In this document: positions 27,020 to 37,976 of the stretch, piece by piece | Layout: every line of letters begins with the position of its first letter | Position numbering within the stretch: position 1 is the first letter of the stretch | NCBI RefSeq assembly: GCF_030684315.1 | Contig: NC_081375.1 | Location: 13,987,581 to 14,051,580 of the forward strand | Reading direction: 5' to 3' | Source of the DNA: Stegostoma tigrinum | Taxonomy: Eukaryota | Length of the DNA: 64,000 bases | The notes under the pieces: generated by a model | Seen by the model: the letters and a program-made list of their open reading frames with translations, nothing else | The model's database searches: none | Told to the model about the DNA's origin: nothing | Made by a program: the position numbers and the translations under genes

Positions 27020-28800
27020 AAACTATGATTCCAAAAACAGCTCACAGACTGAGAATTAACTGATTTCCTGGCCCCTCAAAGTTCGTCGAAATTATAGAAG
27101 ATACAAGCAGGTGTGTCACAGGATGCTCTCCACTTGCCTGGATGAGCACAGTTACAACAATATTCTACGAAGCTCGATATGATCTACACAGGCGGTCCAT
27201 ATGGTCAGCATCTAATTCACTGCCTTAAGTACTCACCACTTCCAGCACAAGTATACGGTGGCAGCAGCATGTACCATCTCTTAGCTGCTTTTAGCAATTT
27301 ACCATGCCACCCTCAATGACATCTTCCAAACCTTTAAATGATATCACCTAGAGGAGCCAGGACATAGGCACAGAAATACCGCCAACTGCAAGTTTCCCTT
27401 CAAGCTACACTTCATTCAAACTTGGCATTGCGTAGCTTTTCCTTCACTGTTGCTGGGTCAAGAATTCTGGAACTTCCTTCTCAACATAGAACATTAGAGC
27501 ACAGTACAGACCCTTCGGCCCTCGATGTTGTGCCGACCTGTCATACCGATCTCAAGCCCATCTAACCTACACTATTCCATGTACGTCCATATGCTTATCC
27601 AATGACGACTTAAATGTACCTAAAGTTGGTGAATCTACGACTGTTGCAGGCAAAGCGTTCCATTCCCTTACTATTCTCTGAGTAAAGAAACTACCTCTGA
27701 CATCTATCCTATATCTTTCACCCCTCAATTTAAAGCTATGCCCCCTCGTGCTCGCCGTCACCACCCTAGGAAAAAGGGTCTCCTTATCCACCCTATCTAA
27801 CCCTCTGATTATTTTATATGTTTCAATTAAGTCACCTCTCAACCTTCTTCTCTCTAATGAAAACAGCCTCAAGTCCCTCAGCCTTTCCTCGGAGGACCTT
27901 CCCTCCATATCAGGGAACATCCTAGTAAATCTCCTCTGAACCCTTTCTAAAGGTTCCACATCATTCTTATAATGCAGTGACCAGAACCGTACACAATACT
28001 CCAAGTGCGGCCGCACCAGAGTTTTGTACAGCTTCACCATAATCTCTTGGTTCCGGAACTCAATCCCTCTATTAATAAAAGCTAAAACACTGTATGCCTT
28101 CTTAACAGCCCTGTCAACCTGGGTGGCAACTTTCAAGGATGTGTGTACATGGACATCGAGATCTCTCTGCTCATCTACACTACTAAGAATCTTACCATCA
28201 GCCCAGTACTTTGCCTTCCTGTCACTCCTACCAAAGTGCATCACCTCACACTTGTCTGCATTAAACTCCATTTGCCACCTCTCAGCCCAGCTCTGCAGCT
28301 TATCTATGTCTCTCTGCAACCTACAGCATCCTTCGTCACTATCCACATCTCCACCGACCTTAATGTCGTCTGCAAATTTACTAACCCATCCTTCTACGCC
28401 CTCATCCAGGTCATTTATAAAAATGACAAACAGCAGTGGACCCAACACCGACCCTTGCGGTACACCACTAGTAACTGGTCTCCAGGATGAACATTTCCCA
28501 TCAACTACCACCCTCTGTCTTCTTTCAGCAAGCCAATTTCCGATCCAAACTGCTATATCTCCCACAATTGCATTCCTCCGCATTTTGTACAATAGCCTAT
28601 TGTGGGGAACCCTATCAAACGCCTTGCTGAAATTCAAACGCCTTGCTGAAATACATCATATGGCATCATAAGCGTAACTACCCACCACTAGACAGTAACA
28701 GCTCAAGACAGCTGTTCACTGGAATCTTACCAAGGTAATTAGAGTGGGATGACAAATACTGGCCTTTTGAGCAATGTTCACATCCTATGAACAGATTAAA
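27020..28800 (+). mobile_element. Old LINE 3' end (27020-27483 plus ~28660-28800) split by a young CR1
   Basis: ccttcactgttgctgggtcaagaattctggaacttccttc continues after the CR1 as ...acagctcaagacagctg...aaggtaattagagtgggatgacaaatactggcc. Confidence 0.6.
27484..28652 (-). mobile_element. Young 5'-truncated CR1 LINE with an uninterrupted RT C-terminal frame (356 aa)
   Basis: ORF 27567..28637: FSKAFDRVPH, SGVPQGSVLGPLLF, SKFADD, RPHLEYCVRFWS, LFSLERRRLRGDLIE; 3' tail (atagaac). Confidence 0.95.
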
Positions 28801-28874
28801 AGAACATTTCGTACACTTACAAGCAATACAATATTTTTCCATTCAGAAGATGACACACCAAGTCACATGAATGA

Positions 28875-29250
28875 ATTCTGGTTGCTCTTCTATAGGGAGG
28901 ATGTTGTTGCGAGGTTGCATAAAAGATTTACAAGGATATTGTTTGGATTGCATTATAGGAAGAGGCTGAATAGGCTGGATCCTTTTTCCCCTCGAGTATT
29001 GGAAGCTGAGTGATCTTATAGAGGTTCATAAAATCACAAGGGGCATGGGCAGGGTAAATAGCCAAGGTCTTTTTCCTAGTGTGGGGAGTCCAAAAATAGA
29101 GGCCATAGGTTTCAGGTGAATGGGGCAAGATTTAAAAAGGATCTGAGGAGTAACATTTTCACAGGATGGCACATGTACGGAACGAGCTGCCGGGGAAGTG
29201 GTGGAGGCAGGTACAATTAGAACATGTAAAAGGCATCTGGATGGGTATAT
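28875..29250 (+). mobile_element. CR1 3' fragment
   Basis: RLHKRFTRIL, RKRLNRL and VEAGTIRTCKRHLDGY remnants. Confidence 0.75.
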
Positions 29251-29274
29251 AAAAACCTACTTTTCTCAAGCTAC

Positions 29275-29412
29275 CATCAGTTTTGAGGAAGGGTCACAGA
29301 ATTGGAAACATGAACATTTCTCTCCACAGATGCTGCCAGAGTTGCTGAGCTTTTCCGGCAATTTCTGTTTTTGTTTTTTTTTGATTTCCAGCACCTGCAG
29401 TTCTTTCAGTTC
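29275..29412 (+). mobile_element. Penelope-derived single arm with a degenerate hammerhead core
   Basis: ttgaggaagggtcac...gaaacatg...ctctccacagatgctgccagagttgctgagc...gatttccagcacctgcagttc. Confidence 0.65.
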
Positions 29413-30329
29413 TCATTCAGGAAACGGAATGATGCTGGTCAGGATACTGACATTTCGATGCTCAGGGCACCTGACCTGACATATGATACTTTCAGTGCAC
29501 TGATGACAACTAGTATGCAACACAGAATATATGCCATCAAAAAATACGTATTGCACATCCAGAAAACTGATAACCATGCAAATGCTCAGGAATCACAGTT
29601 TGAAAATCTGTGATGGAAGTGATAAAAGGCTCATATATATTGCTATGGAGATAAATATTTTAAAAATCCATGTACTAGTTTTCTCCAGAAGGCTTCAAAT
29701 GGTTTTGAATTTACATACACATTCAATGTTTGTGCAGTAAATTAAAGAGGTTGCACACAGAAGGGCCTTTAGAAAAGCCAAGTGATGGTGTAATCACGTG
29801 GTTGTAACCATTTTCTAGAATTTGGTCATCATCTATCTGTTGGTTCAAATTAGTTTACTCCTTTAAGTAATTTTCTGTTGCCATAAAGGAGGCTGCTTTT
29901 CTGGAGGTACTGCTACTCTACTTTCAGATGTTCAGCAAAAATGTTTATGCACACACATTTTAGTTTCAAGAAAATGCACCCCCATCATTTTTAAAGATGA
30001 TAGTTTGTGCTGCTGAATCATCTTTCAAACACTACACTTTGTTCAGAGGATTTGTGTGTACTACAGAGCTCCATAAAGATGCAAAAGTGCAATTAATTAC
30101 CGGGAGAAGAGAAGTTGCTTATTGAGCATAAATAAATTTGGCAGGCATGAGATTTTAATGCTAAGACTAACAAGACTAACACACTCAAATGTTAAGATGC
30201 TTTCTCGTGGAGAAACACTGCTTTCACGATGGGTCATGGGATGGGATGGAGCAGCCACAAAGAATTTTGAACATGGAAAGTAATTTGTTTGAACTTGAAA
30301 TTCTAACAAGTTTTCCTTCTCCCCTCTTT

Positions 30330-31500
30330 GGATTGTCAGGAAGGAGGAATCCTACAAGGGGGAAAACATGCTGGCCTGAAGGCGAAGTTGAAACTATGCA
30401 GTTTCAAGACTCTCCTCCCCAGCGTACTCCTAGCAAATGTCCAAAATATCGAAAACAAAATGGATGAACTTAAATCTAGACGTCCCTACCAGGGGGAACT
30501 GAGAGATGGTTGTGTGCTGTGCTTCATAGACTTGGCTCACCCCTGCCGTTCCTGACTGTGCCCTACAAGCTGACAGGTTCACCATACACTAAACAGGCCA
30601 CACTGTGTCGTTGGGCAAGGCAAAGGGCAGTGGAATATGCTTCCTGATGCTCGGGCAGAGAGACCTTGGCAAGCCATTGCTCCCTGGACTAGCGAATAGA
30701 GTAAAATGCTGACTCTACTACATCCAACACTGCAGCCTCCCCAAGGATGTGTCCTTAGCCCCAACTGTACACACACAACTATGCTGCCAAATTTTGCTTA
30801 AATGCCATCTGCAAGTTCGTGGATGACACTGCCGTAGTGGGACAAATAGCTAACAAGGAGTCAAAATACGGAAGGGACATAGAGGGTTTGGTAAGGTGGC
30901 ACAATGAAAACAATCTGTCTCTTAACATCGGCAAAACTAAAGAACTGATCATTGGCTTCAGGAAGGAGGGAGGAGAACACGTCCCCATCTGCATCAACGG
31001 AACTGAGATTGGAGGGTGAAGAGCATCAGGTTCCTCAGAATGACAACAACCAATAACCTGTCCTGGACTTCCCACATGGATGCGGCAGTCAAGAAGTCAC
31101 AATAACACCTCTTCTTCCTCAGGTGGCTCATGAAATTTGCCAGGTCCATAAGGCCCCTCACCAACTTCTACAGATGCACCACTTAAAGCACACCATCTGG
31201 GTGCATAACGGCCTGGTATGGCAACTGGTCTGCCCAGGACCGTAAGGAACTACAGAAGGTGGTGTGCACAGTCCAGACCATCACAGAAGCCAACCTTCCA
31301 TCCATGGACTCTATTTACATGGCTCGCTGCCGTGGAAACACAGCCAATATCATCAAAGACCCATAGCACCCTGGTAATGACCTCCTCCAACCTCTTCTGT
31401 CAGCCAGAAGATACAGAAGTCTGAACGCTCATGAGCAGTTCAGGAACAGCTTCTTTCTGGCCATTACCACATTGTTGAATGAACTCGAGCCTCAAATAAT
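30330..31500 (+). mobile_element. Rex1/Babar-type LINE remnant (APE N-terminus fused by deletion to RT C-terminus)
   Basis: LPSVLLANVQNIENKMDELKSR..CVLCF; PQGCVLSP; KFVDDTAVVG..NNLSLNIGKTKELIIGFRK; 3' ...aggaacagcttctttc. Confidence 0.78.
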
Positions 31501-31520
31501 GTAACCTGCAATATAACCTG

Positions 31521-32320
31521 AGATAACAAAGTGTGGAGCTGGATGAACACAGCAGGCCAAGCAGCATCTCAGGAGCACAAAAGCTGACGTTTCGGGCCTA
31601 GACCCTTCATCAGAAAAGGGCTCTGAAATAAATAGGAAGAGAGAGGGAGGCGGGTCGAAGATGGATAGAGGAGAAGATAGGTGGAGAGGAGAATGACAAG
31701 TTAAAGTGGTAGGGATGGAGCCTGTAGAGGTGAGTATAGGTGGGGAGGTAGGGAGGGGTTGGGTCAGTCTGGGGAGGATGGGGGCAGGATGAGGTTAGTA
31801 GGTAGGAAATGGAAGTGCGGCTTGAGGTGGGAGGAGGGGATAGGTGAGAGGAAGAACAGGTTAGGGAAGCAAGGACGAGCTGGGCTGGTTTCAGGAACCA
31901 GTGGGGGGAGGGGAGATTTTGAAGCTTGTGAAATCCACATTGATACCATTGGGTTGTAGGGTTCCCAAGCAGAATATGAGTTGCTGTTCCTGCAACATTC
32001 GGGTGGCATCGTTGTGGCACTGCAGGAGGCCCAGGATGGACATGTCGTCTAAGGAATGCAAGGGGGAGTTGAAATGGTTTGCGACTGGGAGGTGCAGTTG
32101 TTTATTGCGAACTGAGCATAAGTCTTCTGCAAAGAAGTCCCCAAGCCTCCGCTTGGTTTCCCCGATGTAGAGGAAGACATAATGGGTACAGAGGATGCAG
32201 TATGCCACACTGGCAGATGTGCAGGTGAACATCTGCTTGATGTGGAAAGTAACTCATATTACGCTTGGGAATCCTGCAGGCCAATGGTATCAATGTGGAT
32301 TTCACAAGCTTCAAAATCAT
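31521..32320 (-). mobile_element. Penelope-like element 3' fragment (GIY-YIG endonuclease, pLTR) with a short inverted piece at 32250-32320
   Basis: YIGETKRRLGD..HLPVANHFN..EQQLIFCLGTLQPNGIN; intact hammerhead motif at 31584-31613. Confidence 0.9.
31584..31613 (-). ncRNA. Minimal hammerhead ribozyme motif
   Basis: Reverse complement reads ctgatgaagggtctaggcccgaaacgtcag. Confidence 0.72.
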
Positions 32321-32409
32321 CAATCACCAGTTCTGAGCTTATTTTCTGCAACAGCTCCCAACTTAAATCCCATCCTTCCAGTTTTCATTCTTTTCAAAGC
32401 AACACAGGG

Positions 32410-33360
32410 CCCTGAGCAGAGTGAAACTTCTTTACTCAGAATTGTTAGAATTTGGCACATCCTGTCTGGGAGAATGGAGGAGGTGCATTCCACAGCAGGA
32501 TTCAAAGAGAGCTGGATACATACTTGAAACTGATTAATTTTTAGGGCTACGGAGATAGAGCTGGAGAATATGACAAGCTTGGTAGCTCTTTTGGGTAGTA
32601 GATATAGGATGGGTCATATGTTCGGAGAACAGAGTCATCGAGTAATACAGCACGGACACAGGCCCTTCAGCCCCAACTGGTCCGTGCTGATCATGATGCC
32701 CATTCAGCTCGATCCAATTGCCTGCAACTGCCTGCATATCCCTCCAAATCATTCCCATCCATGTATCTTTCCAGATCTTTTTTACATGTTGCTGTTGTAC
32801 CTGCCTCAAACACTTTCTCCAGCAGACCATTCCATTTACACACACACACTATCTGCAAGAAGTGCCCTTCAGGTCCTTCTTAAATGTATCCACTCTCACC
32901 TTAAACATACGACATCTCGTTTTCAATTCCCCATTCTTGGGAAAAAGACTATGTATTCATCTTATCTAGCTCCTCATGATTTTATACACCTCAGTAAGGT
33001 CACCACTCATTCGCCTATGTTCTAAGGAATAAAGCGCTACACTGGCCAACTTCTCCCTATAAACTCAGACCTAATAGTTCTGGCAACATCCTTGTAAATC
33101 TTCTTTACACATTTTCCAGTTTAACTATGTCTTTACTAGAACAGGGTGACCAAAACTATACACAATACTCCAAGTGCAGCCTCACCAATGACTTATACAA
33201 CAGTAATTTAATTTCCCAACTCTTATATTCAATGCCTCGGCCAATGTAGGCCAGCATGCTAAATATCTTCTTCACCACCCTGTCCACTTGTGACGCTGCT
33301 TTCAATGAACAATGTACTTGTGCTTGTGCTTCTCTGTGCCTCTGTTCCACAATACTCCTC
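32410..33360. mobile_element. CR1 3' fragments (plus 32410-32600, minus 32630-33360)
   Basis: SQVDRVVKK..IGRGIEYKSW..LYKSLVRLHLEYCV; CR1 terminus cacggacacaggcccttcagcccc. Confidence 0.75.
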
Positions 33361-33699
33361 AGGGCCTCTTCCTGCTTAAGTTCTACCATGGTTAATGGCC
33401 TCCTTCTGTTTTATAAATTCAATGATTCTACTAGAAATCTGAAATATTAGTAATTTTAAAAAAGAACCTCATCGGGCCATCAGCACCAGGAATAAGGAAG
33501 TCTAACATTTTCAGTATGATTTTTATATTTCTGGTACATTCAATATTATTTCATGGAAGACTTCAAGCCCCATCAGGAACAATGCAGTTACACACAATTA
33601 ATAGACAAAAGATACGATAGATTAAAAGCAAAATCATAGAATTGGTCAATTCTACAGGGGTGAGGGTAAGAGGAAATTGGCTTGTAAATCTCTTCTCTC

Positions 33700-34035
33700 T
33701 CACTCACTCACACACACCAACAGGTGAATGGCTGCGCTCCCCGCACCCCCCCACCCCAACCTTCCAACCCCACTGCCAGTTGGTTAGCAAGTCATGAACC
33801 AAGATGACCAGGTGAATCTCTTCCCACATTCACAGCAGATTAACAACCTCTCCCCAGTGTGAACTGTCTTGTGAGACTTCAAGTCGGATAACTTGGTGAA
33901 TCTCTTCCCACACCAGGAGTAAGTGAATGGTCTCTCTGCAGCATGACTGAGGCAATGGGTTTCCAGCTTGGACAGGCACTGGTATCCCTTCCACAAATCT
34001 CTTCCACATTTCTACTGTTTCTCCATGTGCGTGTG

Positions 34036-34124
<89 letters not shown>

Positions 34125-34480
34125 CAAATGGTGCAATGATGTTTCAGAGTTGGTAACTGGTTAAAGTTCTTTCCATAGTGAGTTCACTAATTTAAAACTT
34201 TAGGAGGAGACAGAACAAACAAAAACAATGTTGCCTTCTAGATTTCTCCTTCTGGATTCAATGGCTGACGTGGATTCAATATTCATGTCCCAATGAACTT
34301 CATGACTTACATTTTCAGTTGAAGTTTAGTTTAAGATTTCCAAACACAAATGTTTACTCTCAGATATTCTGAATCAACTTTTCCAGAGTCTAATCCCTCA
34401 CATCCTCTCCCTTCAGTTGTCACTGATGAACAGTCTTCTCCCTCCATCCCAGGATCAGAAAATAAATGGAGATGAAGAGA
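33700..34480 (-). pseudogene. Degenerate C2H2 zinc-finger array remnant
   Basis: HAAERPFTYSWCGKRFTKLSDLKSHKTVHTGERLLICCECGKRFTWSSWFMTC: TGEKPF-like linkers with lost Cys/His ligands and stops. Confidence 0.75.
34037..34122 (+). repeat. Compound (TC)n(AC)n microsatellite
   Basis: Directly visible. Confidence 0.98.
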
Positions 34481-35038
34481 CATTGCTTTGATCCCAGATG
34501 TTGTGTATGACACAGATTACACTAGAACCTGATGAATCAGATGAGGTGTTGCTGTTACAACTACAGTGGATTTTTCTCTTCTCCTACCTAACACCATCTG
34601 TGCATCTTGATCAATGTATGCGCAGTTAAAGAGGAGTGTGTTACGTGTCTTTTCCTAAATATTTATCATTTATATTTAGTCCTAACATTACCCACCAACA
34701 GTACAATGACAAAACTTGTTTAAAAACTCTGCACCATGAAAGGGCTTGGTTACTACCGGAAGCTCCTTACAATCAGTGAAAGTCACAGTCATGCCTCATC
34801 AAACTGTTGAATTGAACATTGGATTAATTTGTTGTCCAATTCAGCATTAAAAACAGGTAAAAAGTTATATCAAGAGAACAAATAAAATCACCCTTTCGCA
34901 ATCTAGATTTTGCAGAGCTTCATCTTTGTCTCTTCCAATTAAGAGAGCACATGGAAAACCACATCCTGGGATTATCGCAGATTGACAGGAACGCATGCTG
35001 GGTCACACACACAACTTCAATAAGAACAAAATACTTGC

Positions 35039-35061
35039 ATATATATATATATATATATATA
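35039..35061 (+). repeat. (AT)n microsatellite
   Basis: Directly visible. Confidence 0.95.
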
Positions 35062-35173
35062 GCAGGTTGCAGACAATCAGGAATTTACAGCCAAAGAAAT
35101 ACTTATTAAGTGATAATAAAATGTGAGGCTGGATGAACACAGCAGGCCAAGCAGCATCTCAGGAGCACAAAAG

Positions 35174-35203
35174 CTGACGTTTCGGGCCTAGACCCTTCAT
35201 CAG
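35174..35203 (-). ncRNA. Minimal type-I hammerhead ribozyme motif (PLE-associated)
   Basis: CUGAUGA-A-GGGU(CUAG)GCCC-GAAA-CGUC: core boxes, helix II, palindromic ACGU helix III and GUC site. Confidence 0.75.
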
Positions 35204-37816
35204 AGAGGGGGATGGGGAGAGGGAACTGGAATAAATAGGGACAGAGGGGGAGGCGGACCAAAGATGGAGAGTAAAGAAGATAGGGGGAGAGAGTATAGGT
35301 GGGGAGGTAGGGAGGGGATAGGTCAGTCCAGGGAAGACGGACAGGTCAAGGAGGTGGGATGAGGTTAGTAGGTAGATGGGGGTGTGGCTTGGGGTGGGAG
35401 GAAGGGATGGGTGAGAGGAAGAACAGGTTAGGGAGACAGAGACAGGTTGGACTGGTTTTGGGATGCAGTGGGTGGGGGGGGAAGAGCTGGGCTGGTTGTG
35501 TGGTGCAGTGGGGGGAGGAGACGAACTGGGCTGGTTTAGGGATGCAGTAGGGGAAGGGGAGATTTTGAAACTGGTGAAGTCCACATTGATACCATATGGC
35601 TGCAGGATTCCCAGGCGGAATATGAGTTGCTGTTCCTGCAACCTTCGGGTGGCATCATTGTGGCACTGCAGGAGGCCCATGATGGACATGCCATCTAGAG
35701 AATGGGAGGGGGAGTGGAAATGGTTTGCGACTGGGAGGTGCAGTTGTTTGTTGCGAACTGAGCGGAGGTGTTCTGCAAAGCGGTCTCCAAGCCTCCGCTT
35801 GGTTTCCCCAATGTAGAGGAAGCCGCACCGGGTACAATGGATGCAGTATACCACATTGGCAGATGTGCAGGTGAACCTCTGCTTAATGTGGAAAGTCATC
35901 TTGGGGCCTGGGATAGGGGTGAGGGAGGAGTTGTGGGGGCAAGTGTAGCAATTCCTGCGGTTGCAGGGGAAGGTACCGGGTGTGGTGGGGTTGGAGGGCA
36001 GTGTGGAGCGAACAAGGGAGTCACGGAGAGAGTGGTCTCTCCGGAAAGCAGGCAGGGGAGAGGATGGAAAAATGTCTTAGGTGGTGGGGTCGGATTGTAA
36101 ATGGCGGAAGTGTCGGAGGATGATGCGTTGTATCCGGAGGTTGGTAGGGTGGTGTGTGAGAACGAGGGGGATCCTCTTAGGGCGGTTGTGGCGGGGGCGG
36201 GGTGTGAGGGATGTGTTGCGGGAAATACGGGAGACGCGGTCAAGGGCGTTCTCGATCACTGTGGGGGGAAAGTTGCGGTCCTTGAAGAACTTGGACATCT
36301 GGGATGTGCGGGAGTGGAATGTCTTATCGTGGGAGCAGATGCGGCGGAGGCGGAGGAATTGGGAATAGGGGATGGAATTTTTGCAGGAGGGTGGGTGGGA
36401 GGAGGTATATTCTAGGTAGCTGTGGGAGTCGGTGGGCTTGAAATGGACATCAGTTACAAGCTGGTTGCCTGAGATGGAGACTGAGGTGTCCAGGAAGGTG
36501 AGGGATGTGCTGGAGATGGCCCAGGTGAACTGAAGGTTGGGGTGGAAGGTGTTGGTGAAGTGGATGAACTGTTCGAGCTCCTCTGGGGAGCAAGAGGCGG
36601 CGCCGATACAGTCATCAATGTACCGGAGGAAGAGGTGGGGTTTGGGGCCTGTGTAGGTGCGGAAGAGGGACTGTTCCACGTAACCTACAAAGAGGCAGGC
36701 ATAGCTGGGGCCCATGCGGGTGCCCATGGCCACCCCCTTATTCTGTAGGAAGTGGGAGGAGTCAAAAGAGAAGTTGTTGAGTGTGAGGACGAGTTCAGCT
36801 AGGCAGATGAGTGTGTCGGTAGAGGGGGACTGGTCGGGCCTGTGGGACAGGAAGAAGCGGAGGGCCTTGAGGCCATCTCCATGCGGAATGCAGGTGTACA
36901 GGGACTGGATGTCCATGGTGAATATGAGGTGTTGGGGGCCAGGGAATTGGAAGTCCTGGAGGAGGTGGAGGGCGTGGGTGGTGTCACGGACGTAGGTGGG
37001 GAGTTCCTTGACCAAAGGAGAGAAAATGGAGTCCAGATAGGTGGAGATGAGTTCGGTGGGGCAGGAGCAGGCTGAGACGATGGGTCGACCAGGGCAGGCA
37101 GGTTTGTGGATTTTGGGAAGGAGATAGAAACGGGCCGTGCGGGGTTGGGGAACAATGAGGTTGGAGGCTGTGGGTGGGAGGTCCCCTGAGGTGATGAGGT
37201 CGTGAATGGTGTTGGAGATGATGGTTTGGTGCTCGGCTGTGGGGTCATGATCGAGGAGGCGGTAGGAGGTGGTGTCGGAGAGTTGGCGTCTGGCCTCGGC
37301 GATGTAGAGGTCAGTGCGCCATACTACCACTGCGCCACCCTTGTCTGCGGGTTTGATGGTGAGGTTGGGGTTGGAGCGGAGGGAGCGGAGGGCTGCCCGT
37401 TCTGCGGGGGAGAGGTTGGAGTGGGTGAGAGGGGTGGAGAGGTTGAGGCGGTTAATGTCTCGACGGCAGTTGAAGATGAAGAGGTCGAGGGAGGGTAGGA
37501 GGCCTGGGGGTGGTGTCCAGGAGGAGGACTTGTGTTGGAAGTGGGTGAAGGGGTCAGTGGAAGGACGGTTAGGTTCCCGGTTGAAGAAGTAGGCATGGAG
37601 GCGAAGACGGCGGAAAAACTGCTCTATGTCCAACCGTGACTGGTATTCGTTGATGTGTGGTTGTCGGGGGACAAAGGTGAGCCCCTTGCTAAGGACTGAC
37701 CGTTTGTCCTCAGTCAGTGGGAGGTCTGGGGGGATGGTGAAGATGCGGCAGGGCTGAGTGTGGCTGTCTCCTCTGGGGTTGCTGGCTGTGGAGGTTGTGG
37801 GCGGAGCGATGAGGTC

Positions 37817-37976
37817 GTCGGCCGTGGGCGGGGTTCTGTCGGCCGTGGGCGGGGTTCTGTCGGCCGTGGGCGGGGTTCTGTCGGCCGTGGGCGGGGTTCT
37901 GTCGGCCGTGGGCGGGGTTCTGTCGGCCGTGGGCGGGGTTCCGTCGGCCGTGGGCGGGGTTCCGTCGGCCGTGGGC
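37817..37976. repeat. 21-bp GC-rich tandem repeat (gtcggccgtgggcggggttct/c), ~7.6 copies, at the inversion junction
   Basis: Directly visible; encodes (R/G)TPPTAD repeats in the PLE frame. Confidence 0.97.

Larger units (their letters stand above)
35159..37976 (-). pseudogene. PLE RT plus GIY-YIG polyprotein, 5'-truncated, one frame with a single in-frame TAA at 36077-36079
   Basis: ORFs 36077..37633 and 35159..35899 share a frame (59 sense codons between them: DIFPSSPLPAFRRDHSLRDSLVRS..GTFPCNRRNCYTC); the frame stays open upstream into the 21-bp repeat. Confidence 0.9.

Noticed and set aside
28024-28671. 215-aa plus-strand ORF
   Set aside because: Antisense shadow of the CR1 RT frame.
33830-34164. 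ORFs with CVCVCV or HTHTHT runs
   Set aside because: Translations of the (AC)n microsatellite.
37817-37976. 21-bp repeats as a CRISPR array
   Set aside because: Head-to-tail units with no spacers, inside a PLE reading frame, eukaryotic context and no cas genes.
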